The position numbers and the translations under genes are program-made. Shown in pieces: positions 1-8,800 of a DNA stretch of 24,225 bases (its first letter is position 1; every line of letters starts with the position of its first letter). The stretch is from a virus (lineage: Duplodnaviria; Caudoviricetes). The notes below the pieces were generated by a model. That model did not search any database, was not told the DNA's origin, and saw nothing but the letters and a program-made list of their open reading frames with translations. The stretch is taken from IMG/VR virus record IMGVR_UViG_3300035135_001286, positions 1-24,225 of that record. One strand, written 5' to 3'.

Positions 1-2
1 CC

Positions 3-31
3 TTTGCCCTCCGTCCCGCTTCGTGTATACT
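3..31 (+). promoter_or_regulatory. Putative sigma70-type (early) promoter
   Basis: TTTGCC/TTGCCC at 3-9 and TATACT at 26-31 (16-17 bp spacer), 24 nt upstream of ATG 55. Confidence 0.55.
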
Positions 32-54
32 GGCCAAGTCACCACCTCCGACAC

Positions 55-276
55 ATGACACGCTCCGAACTTGACGCTCGCATCGCCTCTGGTGAGTTCA
101 CCGTCACCAAACTGCCTACCCGCAAGGCGCGCAAGAGCGAGCTGGTCTTCAGCATGACCAAGGGCCCCCGCACCAATACCAACCGCCGAGGGCAGAACTA
201 CCAGGGACACGCCACCCACGCTGAGCAGGCAGTTGTCGCGGGTAACGCTGGTGCCTACTTCAAAACCACTGGGTGA
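55..276 (+). CDS. Small basic hypothetical phage protein (73 aa, MTRSELDARIASGEF...YFKTTG)
   Basis: Strong C/G-ending codon bias. ATG 55 is preferred over the track's TTG 4 because that TTG lies in the predicted -35 box. Confidence 0.7.
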   Translation: MTRSELDARIASGEFTVTKLPTRKARKSELVFSMTKGPRTNTNRRGQNYQGHATHAEQAVVAGNAGAYFKTTG

Positions 277-284
277 GCGCTTCG

Positions 285-341
285 TGCTAAAAACAGCGAT
301 TTAGCAGGTCTTATGGGGTTGGGGTATCCCCCCCTGACCCC
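285..341. repeat. Two adjacent inverted repeats (possible terminator or RNA structure)
   Basis: TGCTAAA(285-291)/TTTAGCA(300-306) is a perfect 7-bp stem. GGGGTT-GGGG(315-324) can pair with C7-T-GACCCC(328-341). Lies just after stop 276. No U-tract follows on +. Confidence 0.5.
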
Positions 342-413
342 TTAGTAAAAACGCTGGGTCCCCCTAATCTATAAAAGTATGCATCCGAGACAGCCATATA
401 AAACGCAACACGA

Positions 414-450
414 TTCCGTGGCCCTCAAAAAAATTTCCGTGGCCACAAAA
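414..450. repeat. Direct repeat TTCCGTGGCC x2
   Basis: Perfect 10-mers at 414-423 and 435-444 (21-bp period), each followed within 1-2 nt by CAAAA. Confidence 0.75.
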
Positions 451-498
451 CCCCTCAGGGGGTCGATGTATAATTACTCATAGGATATCGGAGGATAT

Positions 499-666
499 AT
501 GAAAGACCGAGTGTATCATGTTTACAAGAAAGGAACGAACGACGTAGAACGTGTGAGTCTTTCAACGGACGAACTGGAGGATCTCTTACGCTCCGAGAAG
601 ATCAAACTCGGAGAAGTTGAGATTGAACCGTTAACAATTGAAAAAAATGACGAAGCGTCTTATTGA
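499..666 (+). CDS. Small acidic hypothetical protein (55 aa, MKDRVYHVYKKGTNDVERVSLSTDELEDLL...EASY)
   Basis: Translated by hand, below the track cutoff. GGAGGA at 490-495, TATAATTA at 469-476, and stop 2 nt before the next ATG (669). Confidence 0.75.
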   Translation: MKDRVYHVYKKGTNDVERVSLSTDELEDLLRSEKIKLGEVEIEPLTIEKNDEASY

Positions 667-668
667 TC

Positions 669-1229
669 ATGGAGACATTCCAAGCATTCCCTACTGAAAT
701 TTTTCTGAATATTTTTCAACTTGACTTAGAGAAACTCCGAGGGGCATGTTTGGAACATATTGAACAGAAAGAATCTCAGACACGTTCTGGTAAGGAAGGA
801 TCGACACAACATCGCAGTTTCAAGAATAAAGATTTTGAAGATGCAGTCAGACAGATGATGGATTATGTCCAAGTACCTGACAGGCCATTCAAGTCTTATA
901 AGATTGATGCGTGGGTGAATTGTAATCCACCAGGCGCGTTGAACACCTCGCATAATCATGATCCTTTTGATGGGATCTATTGGAGTGGTGTGTTTTATGT
1001 TGATGTGCCAAGCGACTCGGGTAGTATTGTATTTGAGGACCCGCGGCAAAATCTCGTTGTCTCGAATGACAGGAAATATCTACATGGTGCGCGAAAGGAC
1101 TTTAGTATTATCCCGTCAGAAAACCTTATGGTGATGTTTCCGTCATGGTTATATCATCGTGTTGAAGCGAACAACTCGGACTTGACTCGGACATCAATTT
1201 CGTTTAATATCTACAAGGTTCGTTATTGA
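669..1229 (+). CDS. 2OG-Fe(II) oxygenase family protein (TIGR02466-like)
   Basis: AWVN..., HxH (SHNH), SGVFYV, GSIVFEDPR, MFPSWLYHRV and RTSISFNI are typical of this double-stranded beta-helix family, common in cyanophages. ATG 669 is preferred to TTG 663. Confidence 0.85.
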   Translation: METFQAFPTEIFLNIFQLDLEKLRGACLEHIEQKESQTRSGKEGSTQHRSFKNKDFEDAVRQMMDYVQVPDRPFKSYKIDAWVNCNPPGALNTSHNHDPFDGIYWSGVFYVDVPSDSGSIVFEDPRQNLVVSNDRKYLHGARKDFSIIPSENLMVMFPSWLYHRVEANNSDLTRTSISFNIYKVRY

Positions 1230-1254
1230 CGAGCTCCTATATACATGGTATGAT
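1226..1254 (+). promoter_or_regulatory. Sigma70-type promoter with extended -10
   Basis: TTGACG(1226-1231), 17 bp, TATGAT(1249-1254) preceded by TGn. Ends 23 nt before ATG 1278. Confidence 0.75.
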
Positions 1255-1277
1255 TTCATTAAACTCACTGAATTTTC

Positions 1278-2030
1278 ATGGCAAAAGGATTTAAAGTACA
1301 GGCCGCGGCACCGACTGCCCCTGTAGACGATTTCGATATTGAATTGTGTAAGAAAGAGATCCAGGGCAAGAAGATTGTGTTCTGTCTTCCTGGCCGTGGA
1401 TGTTCATATACTTTTCTAAAGAACTTCGTACAACTCTGTTTTGATCTCGTACAGAGTGGTGCAAGTATTCAAATTTCACAAGACTATAGTTCCATGGTGA
1501 ACTTTGCACGATGCAAGGTTCTTGGTGCAAACGTTCTCCGTGGTAAGAATCAAATCCCTTGGGATGGTAAACTGGAGTATGACTATCAACTCTGGATCGA
1601 TAATGACATCGTGTTCAGTACTGAGAGTTTCTACCGTCTGTTCCAACTGGGTCTGGAGAAAGAAATTGCAGCTGGTTGGTATGCAACTGAAGATGGTATG
1701 ACCACTTCTGTGGCTCACTGGCTTGAAGAAGATGACTTCGTGAAGAACCGTGGTGTGATGAACCACGAAACCGTTGAGACCATGAGTAAGCGTCGTAAAC
1801 CCTTCACCGTGGACTACACTGGTTTCGGATGGGTTCTGATCCAGAAGGGTGTCTTTGAGAACCTTGAGTACCCCTGGTTCGCACCTCAGATGCAAGTCTT
1901 TGAGAGTGGCGACGTTCAAGACATGTGTGGTGAAGACGTGTCGTTCTGTCTCGATGCCAAGAAGATGGGCATGGAGATCTGGTGTGATCCTCGCATCCGT
2001 GTTGGTCATGAAAAAACACGGGTTATTTGA
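1278..2030 (+). CDS. Conserved cyanophage protein, probable GT-A/GT2-like glycosyltransferase
   Basis: NFARC, LWIDNDIVF (DxD), TGFGWVLI, GEDVSFC and IWCDPRIRVGH motifs match the GT-A fold pattern. Confidence 0.7.
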   Translation: MAKGFKVQAAAPTAPVDDFDIELCKKEIQGKKIVFCLPGRGCSYTFLKNFVQLCFDLVQSGASIQISQDYSSMVNFARCKVLGANVLRGKNQIPWDGKLEYDYQLWIDNDIVFSTESFYRLFQLGLEKEIAAGWYATEDGMTTSVAHWLEEDDFVKNRGVMNHETVETMSKRRKPFTVDYTGFGWVLIQKGVFENLEYPWFAPQMQVFESGDVQDMCGEDVSFCLDAKKMGMEIWCDPRIRVGHEKTRVI

Positions 2031-2205
2031 GGTCTACGTTGGCCCAGAGCTCGTCCACTCGACAGACAGTGAAGACGATGCTCTTGACAAAATCCAAGAC
2101 CTGGCTCTACAATACTACGAGTCAGGTCATCCTGATCCATCCACTATTTCATTCGTAAGACATGGCGAAACTCAAAGCTTCCCTGACGGGGAAGGTTTTT
2201 ATTGA
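2008..2205 (+). CDS. Small acidic hypothetical protein (65 aa, MKKHGLFEVYVGPELV...GEGFY)
   Basis: 3' part of track ORF 1849..2205. ATG 2008 overlaps the upstream gene end by 23 nt and the ORF fills the gap with plausible codon use. Confidence 0.7.
   Translation: MKKHGLFEVYVGPELVHSTDSEDDALDKIQDLALQYYESGHPDPSTISFVRHGETQSFPDGEGFY
2084..2113 (+). promoter_or_regulatory. Sigma70-type promoter inside the 2008..2205 ORF
   Basis: TTGACA(2084-2089), 18 bp, TACAAT(2108-2113), upstream of ATG 2162 and petF. Confidence 0.6.
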
Positions 2206-2308
2206 ATCTAAGCCCAAGAAGACACGGCAAGGACAAGGACAACACACCAAATTTGCCGCTAGTTCGGCAAACAAGAAAAAGAAACGTTATCGAGGTCAAG
2301 GCAAATGA
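2162..2308 (+). CDS. Very basic 48-aa protein ending KRYRGQGK
   Basis: Translated by hand: [52 protein letters not shown] stop/start overlap with petF. I recall the KRYRGQG ending from small proteins of marine T4-like phages. Confidence 0.8.
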   Translation: MAKLKASLTGKVFIESKPKKTRQGQGQHTKFAASSANKKKKRYRGQGK

Positions 2309-2595
2309 GCTACAATGTTACCCTAATCACTGATGAAGGTGAAGTAAACATCGTATGTGATGGTGATACTTCAATTTTGGATGCTGCAGAAGAACAAGGT
2401 GTAGATATCAATTACTCTTGTCGTGCAGGTGCCTGTTCCTCTTGTGCGGGTAAACTTGTTGAGGGTACTGTGGATCAAGAAGATCAATCATTCCTTGATG
2501 ATGATCAAATCGATGCTGGTTTTATTCTCACCTGTGTGGCAAAACCAACTTCTGATTGTGTAGTTGAAACTGGTAAAGAAGACGAATTGTACTAA
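2305..2595 (+). CDS. petF: Plant-type [2Fe-2S] ferredoxin (auxiliary metabolic gene)
   Basis: [13 protein letters not shown]...[17 protein letters not shown], 96 aa, acidic, C-terminal EDELY. Confidence 0.97.
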   Translation: MSYNVTLITDEGEVNIVCDGDTSILDAAEEQGVDINYSCRAGACSSCAGKLVEGTVDQEDQSFLDDDQIDAGFILTCVAKPTSDCVVETGKEDELY

Positions 2596-3299
2596 TGTCA
2601 ACTTTAATTTGCAATCTTCCATCACAGGAGATCTGGGTAAGAAAAGAATACCTTACAGATCATCAGTTTGGTCATGGTGAGTTTGTAAAAGGCGTCTGGG
2701 TATCGGCTAAGTCGATTCCTGGACGCGCTTTTTATTTTGAGACGTATTTGCCTGAATACGCAGCAATGTATGACAAACTCCCTATCAGTGCCTTTGTGTC
2801 AGAACCAAAGACACCCGATCCTGATATGAATCTTCCTAACCTACAGTTCTGGAACTGTATGGATTATGGTGTGGTTTCCATTCATAAACAGTTTATTGGT
2901 TCTATGGACTTTGAACTGAATACAAGAGACTGGGGTATTCAAAAAGGAACGTATATCTGTACTATTGATAATTACCATCAAGATTGTGATGTAATTGACT
3001 ATGCGACTAGTGAAAATCCTGCGGAACACAAGTCACACAACCTTATTGAGTTAAATAATGGCCAATTCGCACTTTATCCAAACAATAGAATGCGAATCTA
3101 TGACAATAGTTTGACACCTGTTGATCCAAAAATGCCTGATTTCAAGGTTTCTACCGTAGAATATCAGGTTGAAAATGGATTTGACAGACTTGGAATGGGT
3201 CGTGAAGACGAATATTTTTGGAAAACCGCAAAAGAACGCGAAAATTGTGAAAATTGTGGACAAAATCCATGCGATCCACGATGCATCAACGCCGAATAG
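2595..3299 (+). CDS. Conserved marine-phage hypothetical protein with C-terminal Cys4 tail
   Basis: 234-aa ORF with TAATG overlap to petF. Motifs WVRKEYL..GHGEF, LQFWNC, EHKSHN and YPNNR. Tail CENCGQNPCDPRC. Confidence 0.85.
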   Translation: MSTLICNLPSQEIWVRKEYLTDHQFGHGEFVKGVWVSAKSIPGRAFYFETYLPEYAAMYDKLPISAFVSEPKTPDPDMNLPNLQFWNCMDYGVVSIHKQFIGSMDFELNTRDWGIQKGTYICTIDNYHQDCDVIDYATSENPAEHKSHNLIELNNGQFALYPNNRMRIYDNSLTPVDPKMPDFKVSTVEYQVENGFDRLGMGREDEYFWKTAKERENCENCGQNPCDPRCINAE

Positions 3300-3306
3300 G
3301 AGAAAA

Positions 3307-3525
3307 ATGTCTCATCCACAACATTTAGATGGTTCTGTTGACAAAGGCCAAGACTTTTTAGAGTCTGGAATGACTTTAATCACTGAAGTTGAGTCTGAAA
3401 AGTGGTTAAAACTTCATGAACAGAATAAAAAAAGAGAAAAAACGACTCCTCCCGAAGATAGAATGTCAAGACCATGTGGAGGAGTCGGTGGATTTGATGA
3501 TTTTGTCGAACGTTGGCATGAGTAG
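3307..3525 (+). CDS. Hypothetical protein (72 aa, MSHPQHLDGSVDKG...FDDFVERWHE)
   Basis: AGGAG at 3298-3302 precedes ATG 3307. 3' part of track ORF 3169..3525. Confidence 0.75.
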   Translation: MSHPQHLDGSVDKGQDFLESGMTLITEVESEKWLKLHEQNKKREKTTPPEDRMSRPCGGVGGFDDFVERWHE

Positions 3526-3533
3526 TATAAATA
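3526..3533 (+). promoter_or_regulatory. T4-type late promoter (gp55-dependent)
   Basis: Exact TATAAATA directly after stop 3525 and 24 nt before the first baseplate gene. Confidence 0.85.
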
Positions 3534-3557
3534 TATGAGATCAAAGTGTGTCATTAG

Positions 3558-3962
3558 ATGCCATCACTCGGAGAATCACGATATTTTAAGGATATTTCCT
3601 TAAGCTTTAAGAGGCATCCTGTGACGAATGACTTGATTTCGTTAACAAATGAAGTAGCCATTAAAAAATCAGTCAGAAATCTAGTTGAAACGATCAATGG
3701 TGAGCGTTTTTTCAACAGTTTAGTGGGATCTACTATTCGTCAGAGTCTTTTTGAACCCGCTGACCGCGAAATTTTGTTCAGATTAGAACAAGAAATCACT
3801 ACTTCCATCGAAAACTTTGAAAAAAGGGTCAAATTGACCTCTGTTAGAGCATCGCATCCACCCGATTCTAACGAAATTACAATAGATATTAACTATAACA
3901 TTGTTGGCGAAGTATTCCCACCCCAGGAAGTGTCGTTTATCCTTCAACCAACTAGAGAATAA
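3558..3962 (+). CDS. gp25: Baseplate wedge subunit gp25
   Basis: FKDISLSF..HPVTNDL, NEVAIKKSVRNLV.T..GERFF, FEKRV. 134 aa, directly upstream of gp6 as in cyanomyoviruses. Confidence 0.92.
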   Translation: MPSLGESRYFKDISLSFKRHPVTNDLISLTNEVAIKKSVRNLVETINGERFFNSLVGSTIRQSLFEPADREILFRLEQEITTSIENFEKRVKLTSVRASHPPDSNEITIDINYNIVGEVFPPQEVSFILQPTRE

Positions 3963-5845
3963 TGGCTTTTACCCAATATACACAACTTGATTTTGAGCAA
4001 ATCAAGTCAACTATACGTGATTATTTGAGATCTAACTCAAATTTCACAGATTTTGACTTTGAAGGGTCAAATATGTCGATTTTGATCGACACATTAGCGT
4101 ATAACACATATATTAATTCATATAACGCGAATATGATCGCTAATGAAGCGTTTTTGGACAGCGCTACATTACGCGAAAACATCGTTTCTCTTGTCAGAAA
4201 CATCGGATATGTCCCAAAATCACGTCGGGCAGCGCAGGCCAGGATTAATTTTAACGTAGATCTTGGAACTGGTGTTACAAAGTCCGCTTTGACGTTAAAA
4301 GCGGGTCTTGTTGCAATTGGAGACTACCAAAACACCAATTATACCTTTAGTATTGAAGAGGATATTACAAATCCTGTCCAAAATGGTATTGCCAACTTTA
4401 CTGTAACAGTAAAAGAAGGGACATTTTTAACAAAAGAGTTTATTGTTGATACATCTCAACCAAATCAGAGATATATCATTCCAAATGCATATGTAGATAC
4501 TTCTACAATCGTTGTTAGGGTAAAAGATACTAGAACTTCTACGAGAAGTAGAATTTGGAAATTAGTTGATAACATTGTTGGTTCAACTCCAACAACTGAA
4601 CAGTATTTGATTCAAGAAGTTCAAGATGAAAAATATGAACTTCTCTTTGGTGATGGCCAGTTTGGAAAACGTCTTGAAAATGGTAATGTAGTCTCAGTTT
4701 CTTACATCACATCGAATGGTCAAACTGGAAATGGTGTAAAAAACTTTGCTTTTGCTGGACAACTTATTGATAATGATGGAATAAGCGTTTCTTCTGGAAT
4801 TTCTAGAATCCTCACAGAACAATCTTCTGCAAATGGTTCTGAAATTGAAAGTGTGTCCACCATTAAGAATCTTGCACCAAGATTCTATGCAGCACAATAT
4901 CGCGCAGTGACTGCTTCTGATTATGAAGCAATTATTCCTACTGTATATCCAAATGCAGAGAGTGTTACTGCATATGGAGGAGAACAATCATCTCCACCAC
5001 AATTCGGAAAAGTCTTTATTTCAATCAAACCCAAAAACGGTCAGTTCATCTCTGACTTTGATAAGAGATTTATTCTTGATAAATTGAAGAATTATGGAGT
5101 TGCTGGTATTAAACCAGAATTCATTGATCTTAAGTTCCTGTATGTTGAACTAAACAGTACAATTTATTATAACCCCAATGCAATTGATAGTGCATCTACT
5201 GTAAGAACCTTAGTATCAGATACCTTATCAACTTATTCTAAATCTGATGATTTGAACAAGTTTGGTGGGAGATTCAAGTATAGTAAAGTTCAAAAGATTA
5301 TTGACGAGACGAACTCTGCTATTACATCAAATATTACAAAGGTAAAAATTCGTAGAGATCTTCTTGCAAACACCAGTAATCCTGCACAATATGAACTTTG
5401 TTTTGGAAATGCATTCCATAACAGAAGAGAAGGATATAACATCAAGTCAAGTGGTTTCAGACTTGATGGTGTGAAGGATACGGTCTATATGGCCGATGTT
5501 TACGTTTCTGAAACTAGAGGAAGATTATTCTTCTTTACAGTTGATGCAAATCAAGAACCTACTATCGTAAACAACAATGCTGGCACTGTTAAATATGATG
5601 AGGGTGAAGTACTTATAGATACAGTACGAATTTTGTCTACGACTAAAGGCCTCGACATAATTGAGGTAGAGGCAATCCCAGATTCAAATGATGTTTTAGG
5701 TCTCAAAGACCTGTACGTTCAGTTATCACTTGATTCCTCAACGATTACACCATTATCTGATACTGTTGCCTCTGGCGCAGACACTGCAGGAACTAATTTC
5801 ATCACCACTTCGAGCTTCTCCAACGGAAAGTATTTTAGAGAATAA
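3962..5845 (+). CDS. gp6: Baseplate wedge subunit gp6
   Basis: LDFEQIK, FTDFDFEGS, LAYNT, EAFLDSA..RE..VS...IGYVP.S, FGDG.FG, RAVTASDY and GKVFISIKP motifs. Confidence 0.95.
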   Translation: MAFTQYTQLDFEQIKSTIRDYLRSNSNFTDFDFEGSNMSILIDTLAYNTYINSYNANMIANEAFLDSATLRENIVSLVRNIGYVPKSRRAAQARINFNVDLGTGVTKSALTLKAGLVAIGDYQNTNYTFSIEEDITNPVQNGIANFTVTVKEGTFLTKEFIVDTSQPNQRYIIPNAYVDTSTIVVRVKDTRTSTRSRIWKLVDNIVGSTPTTEQYLIQEVQDEKYELLFGDGQFGKRLENGNVVSVSYITSNGQTGNGVKNFAFAGQLIDNDGISVSSGISRILTEQSSANGSEIESVSTIKNLAPRFYAAQYRAVTASDYEAIIPTVYPNAESVTAYGGEQSSPPQFGKVFISIKPKNGQFISDFDKRFILDKLKNYGVAGIKPEFIDLKFLYVELNSTIYYNPNAIDSASTVRTLVSDTLSTYSKSDDLNKFGGRFKYSKVQKIIDETNSAITSNITKVKIRRDLLANTSNPAQYELCFGNAFHNRREGYNIKSSGFRLDGVKDTVYMADVYVSETRGRLFFFTVDANQEPTIVNNNAGTVKYDEGEVLIDTVRILSTTKGLDIIEVEAIPDSNDVLGLKDLYVQLSLDSSTITPLSDTVASGADTAGTNFITTSSFSNGKYFRE

Positions 5846-8800
5846 TGATCGATACTACTTCTCAAAAAGTCCAGGTTAACCAGGTAGTTTTTAGCCAGTT
5901 ACCAGAGTTCGTTCAAGAAGAGAATCCTCTCTTCGTTGACTTTTTAGAAACTTATTATCAGTCTCAAGAATATCAAGGTAGTAACATTGATATTGTTCAG
6001 AATTTCAATGACTATCAAAAAGTAGAAACTTTTAGTGGTAACGAAAACCTTATTGGATTTACTACATGTACATCTAAGGTTACTTTCTTTGATGACACCA
6101 TTAATGTAACTTCTACCGATGGATGGCCAGAGAAGTACGGTCTTTTAAAAATTAATGATGAGATTATTTCCTACACAGGCAAGACTAAGACCTCTTTTAC
6201 GGGGTGCCTGAGGGGTTTCAGTGGGGTTGAATCACTCAATCATAGTTCTGATCCCGAAGTGCTGGTATTTTCTGAATCCCAGTCATCTTCACACAAAGTA
6301 GACACTCAGGTTATCAATCTGAGTAATCTATTTCTACAAAAATTCTGGAAAAATATAAAAGGTCAATTTTTACCTGGATTTGAGGATAGAAAACTTATCA
6401 ATACTGTTGATAAAGCAAACTTCCTCAGACAAGTAAAAGATTTTTATCAGACAAAAGGTACACACGAAGCAGCTACAATTTTATTCAAAGTCCTTTTCGG
6501 CAAAGCTGTAGATGTAATCAAACCAATTGACTATCTTATTAGTCCTTCTGATGCAGACTGGGTTGTAACTGATGATGTTGTTGTTGAATTGATTAGTGGT
6601 GATCCAGAAAAAATTCTGGGACAACAACTGAGACAAACTGGAGATGATTTTTCCGAAGCATCTATCTTTAATATTAGACCTTTACGCAAAAATAATAAAC
6701 CATACTATGTAATTAGTCTCAGTCAAAGTACACTCAAGGGTAAATTTGAAATTACTGGCGGCACTCAATTAGTAAACAAAGTTTCTATCGGTGCTTCTGT
6801 TTTAACTGTAGATTCAACACTTGGATTCCCAGAACAGGGATCTTTCTATGTTGGTGCTGGAATTACTGTTGGTATTGCAACATATACATCTAGATCTTCC
6901 ACCCAGTTCTTTGGTGTAACTGGAATTAGTTCACAATATTCTGATGGCCAAATTGTAAGATCATCTAATACAGTTTATTCTTATGAAGATGGTGATATTA
7001 CAAAACCAGTAATCTTTAGAATGACTGCTGTTGCCAACAGTGCAAAACTGGATGGTATTGGATTTTTAGCTGAAAATGATATTCTTCGCGCAAGAAATCT
7101 GGGTAACTATTCTTCTGCAGGCAATCAAAGATTGAATAGTTGGATTCATAATGTTAAATCTATATCGGATGTTTCAAGAAACTTTAATACAAATACCTCT
7201 AACATTGATATTGTAACAAATACGATCAATACCATTGATGCTCATCTATTACAACTTGATGCACCTGTAACTCTTTTAGATAAAAGTTCCGCAATTCCTC
7301 AAAATGTTGTGGGGACAGTAAACTTAATCATTTCAAATAATGCATTCCAGATGAATATTACATCTGGAACTATTGATGTTAATAGAGTTTATCAAGTACA
7401 GAATAACAGTATTTTTGCAAAAAGTAATGATCCCAAATTAGGTGTTACTGATTATCTTGCAAATATTCAGAATACATATTCTGATCCAGGTGAGAAAAAT
7501 GTATATGTGACAACGGGAAGTCTTCCTGCATACACTATTCATGCAACTAGAAGAAATAAAACTTTTAATTCGACGGATGTTGATGGTGGTGATAATACCA
7601 TTACGATTAATAATCATGGATATCTTACTGGTGATGTTGTTAAGTACAAACCAACAGGTGTTGGTGCCACAGTATTGGCTGGTTTGAGTACCAATTCAAA
7701 CTATGCAGTTACTAAAATTGATACAAACACAATTAAACTCTCTCAAAGTATCAGTGATGCTTCTGTGAAGAGATTCTTGGACATTGGCCAAGGTGGAACA
7801 ACTCACGAGATTATTCCTTTTGATCTTTCTGGTAAGAGTTTACAATATCAAAACTTCTTAAGAAAATTCCCCACAGAGATTACTCTGAATGACTTTTCTA
7901 GAGAATTGAAGAATGAACCAATCGGTATGTTCCGAAATGGTGTGGAAATCATGTCAAATAAGTCGGGAGACTCTATTTGGTATGGTACTTTGGCTAATAT
8001 TGAAGTACAAAATGGTGGTCAAAACTATGATGTTTTAAATCCACCAAATATCAACATTACAGATAGTGTTGGAAGTGGTGCCACAGCTTATGCAATTGTT
8101 GAAAATGGTAAATTTGAAAATATTGATATTCTTTCTGGTGGATATGATCTAAGAGAAGTTCCCAAAATTACTATCACGGGTGGTAATGGATCTGGCGCAG
8201 CTGCAGTTGGTAGACTTCGTAAAAATACGACTGTAAGAACTTTTGACGCGGATTTGGACGTTAGTACTGGTTCTGATAGAGTTACATTCAGCGCAAGACA
8301 CCTTTTTGAAAATGGTGAATCTGTTTATTACCAAAAAGGTAAAGGATTTGCACCTGTTGGTGGCCTAGTAGATAATTCTCTCTATTATTTGCATGTTCCT
8401 ACTGAATTTTCGGTTCAGTTTATGGCAACCTATGATGATGCGGTTGCCGGCATTAATACAATCAATCTTACAAGTAGATCTGCTGGTAGTAACACTCTAA
8501 CCGCAACAAAATCAAGAAATATCCTTGATTCTATTGTTGTTACAAATAAAGGTTCTGGATATTCAAATAGAAGGGCTATTGTTTCAAGTGCATTTTATCC
8601 AACGGTTGATTTTACTACAGCCGATGAAATTAAGTCGGGTATTAACACAGCAAATCATTATATTTTCTTCAAAAATCATGGATTTGAAAATGGTGATCTT
8701 GTTGAGTATAATTCAAGTGGGCCAATTGATGGGTTATCAACCGCGCAAAATTATCGCATTTTAAAACTAGATGAAGATAGATTTAGAGTTGCTGCAGCGG

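Noticed and set aside
4-54. N-terminal extension of the first ORF from TTG 4
   Set aside because: It overlaps the predicted -35/-10 promoter, so ATG 55 fits better.
414-450. Direct repeat as a mini CRISPR array or att site
   Set aside because: Only two 10-bp copies with an 11-bp gap, and no cas or integrase gene nearby.
277-498. tRNA or named riboswitch in the intergenic gap
   Set aside because: No cloverleaf or T-loop GTTCRA motif seen, and I cannot match a known Rfam family by eye.
1849-2007. Long version of ORF 1849..2205
   Set aside because: It overlaps the glycosyltransferase-like gene extensively. ATG 2008 gives a normal short overlap.
3169-3306. Long version of ORF 3169..3525
   Set aside because: It overlaps the upstream gene by 131 nt, whereas ATG 3307 has an SD.
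3338-3364. TTGACA as a possible -35 box
   Set aside because: The best -10 (TAGAGT) is weak and only 15 bp away, and the site lies inside a CDS.
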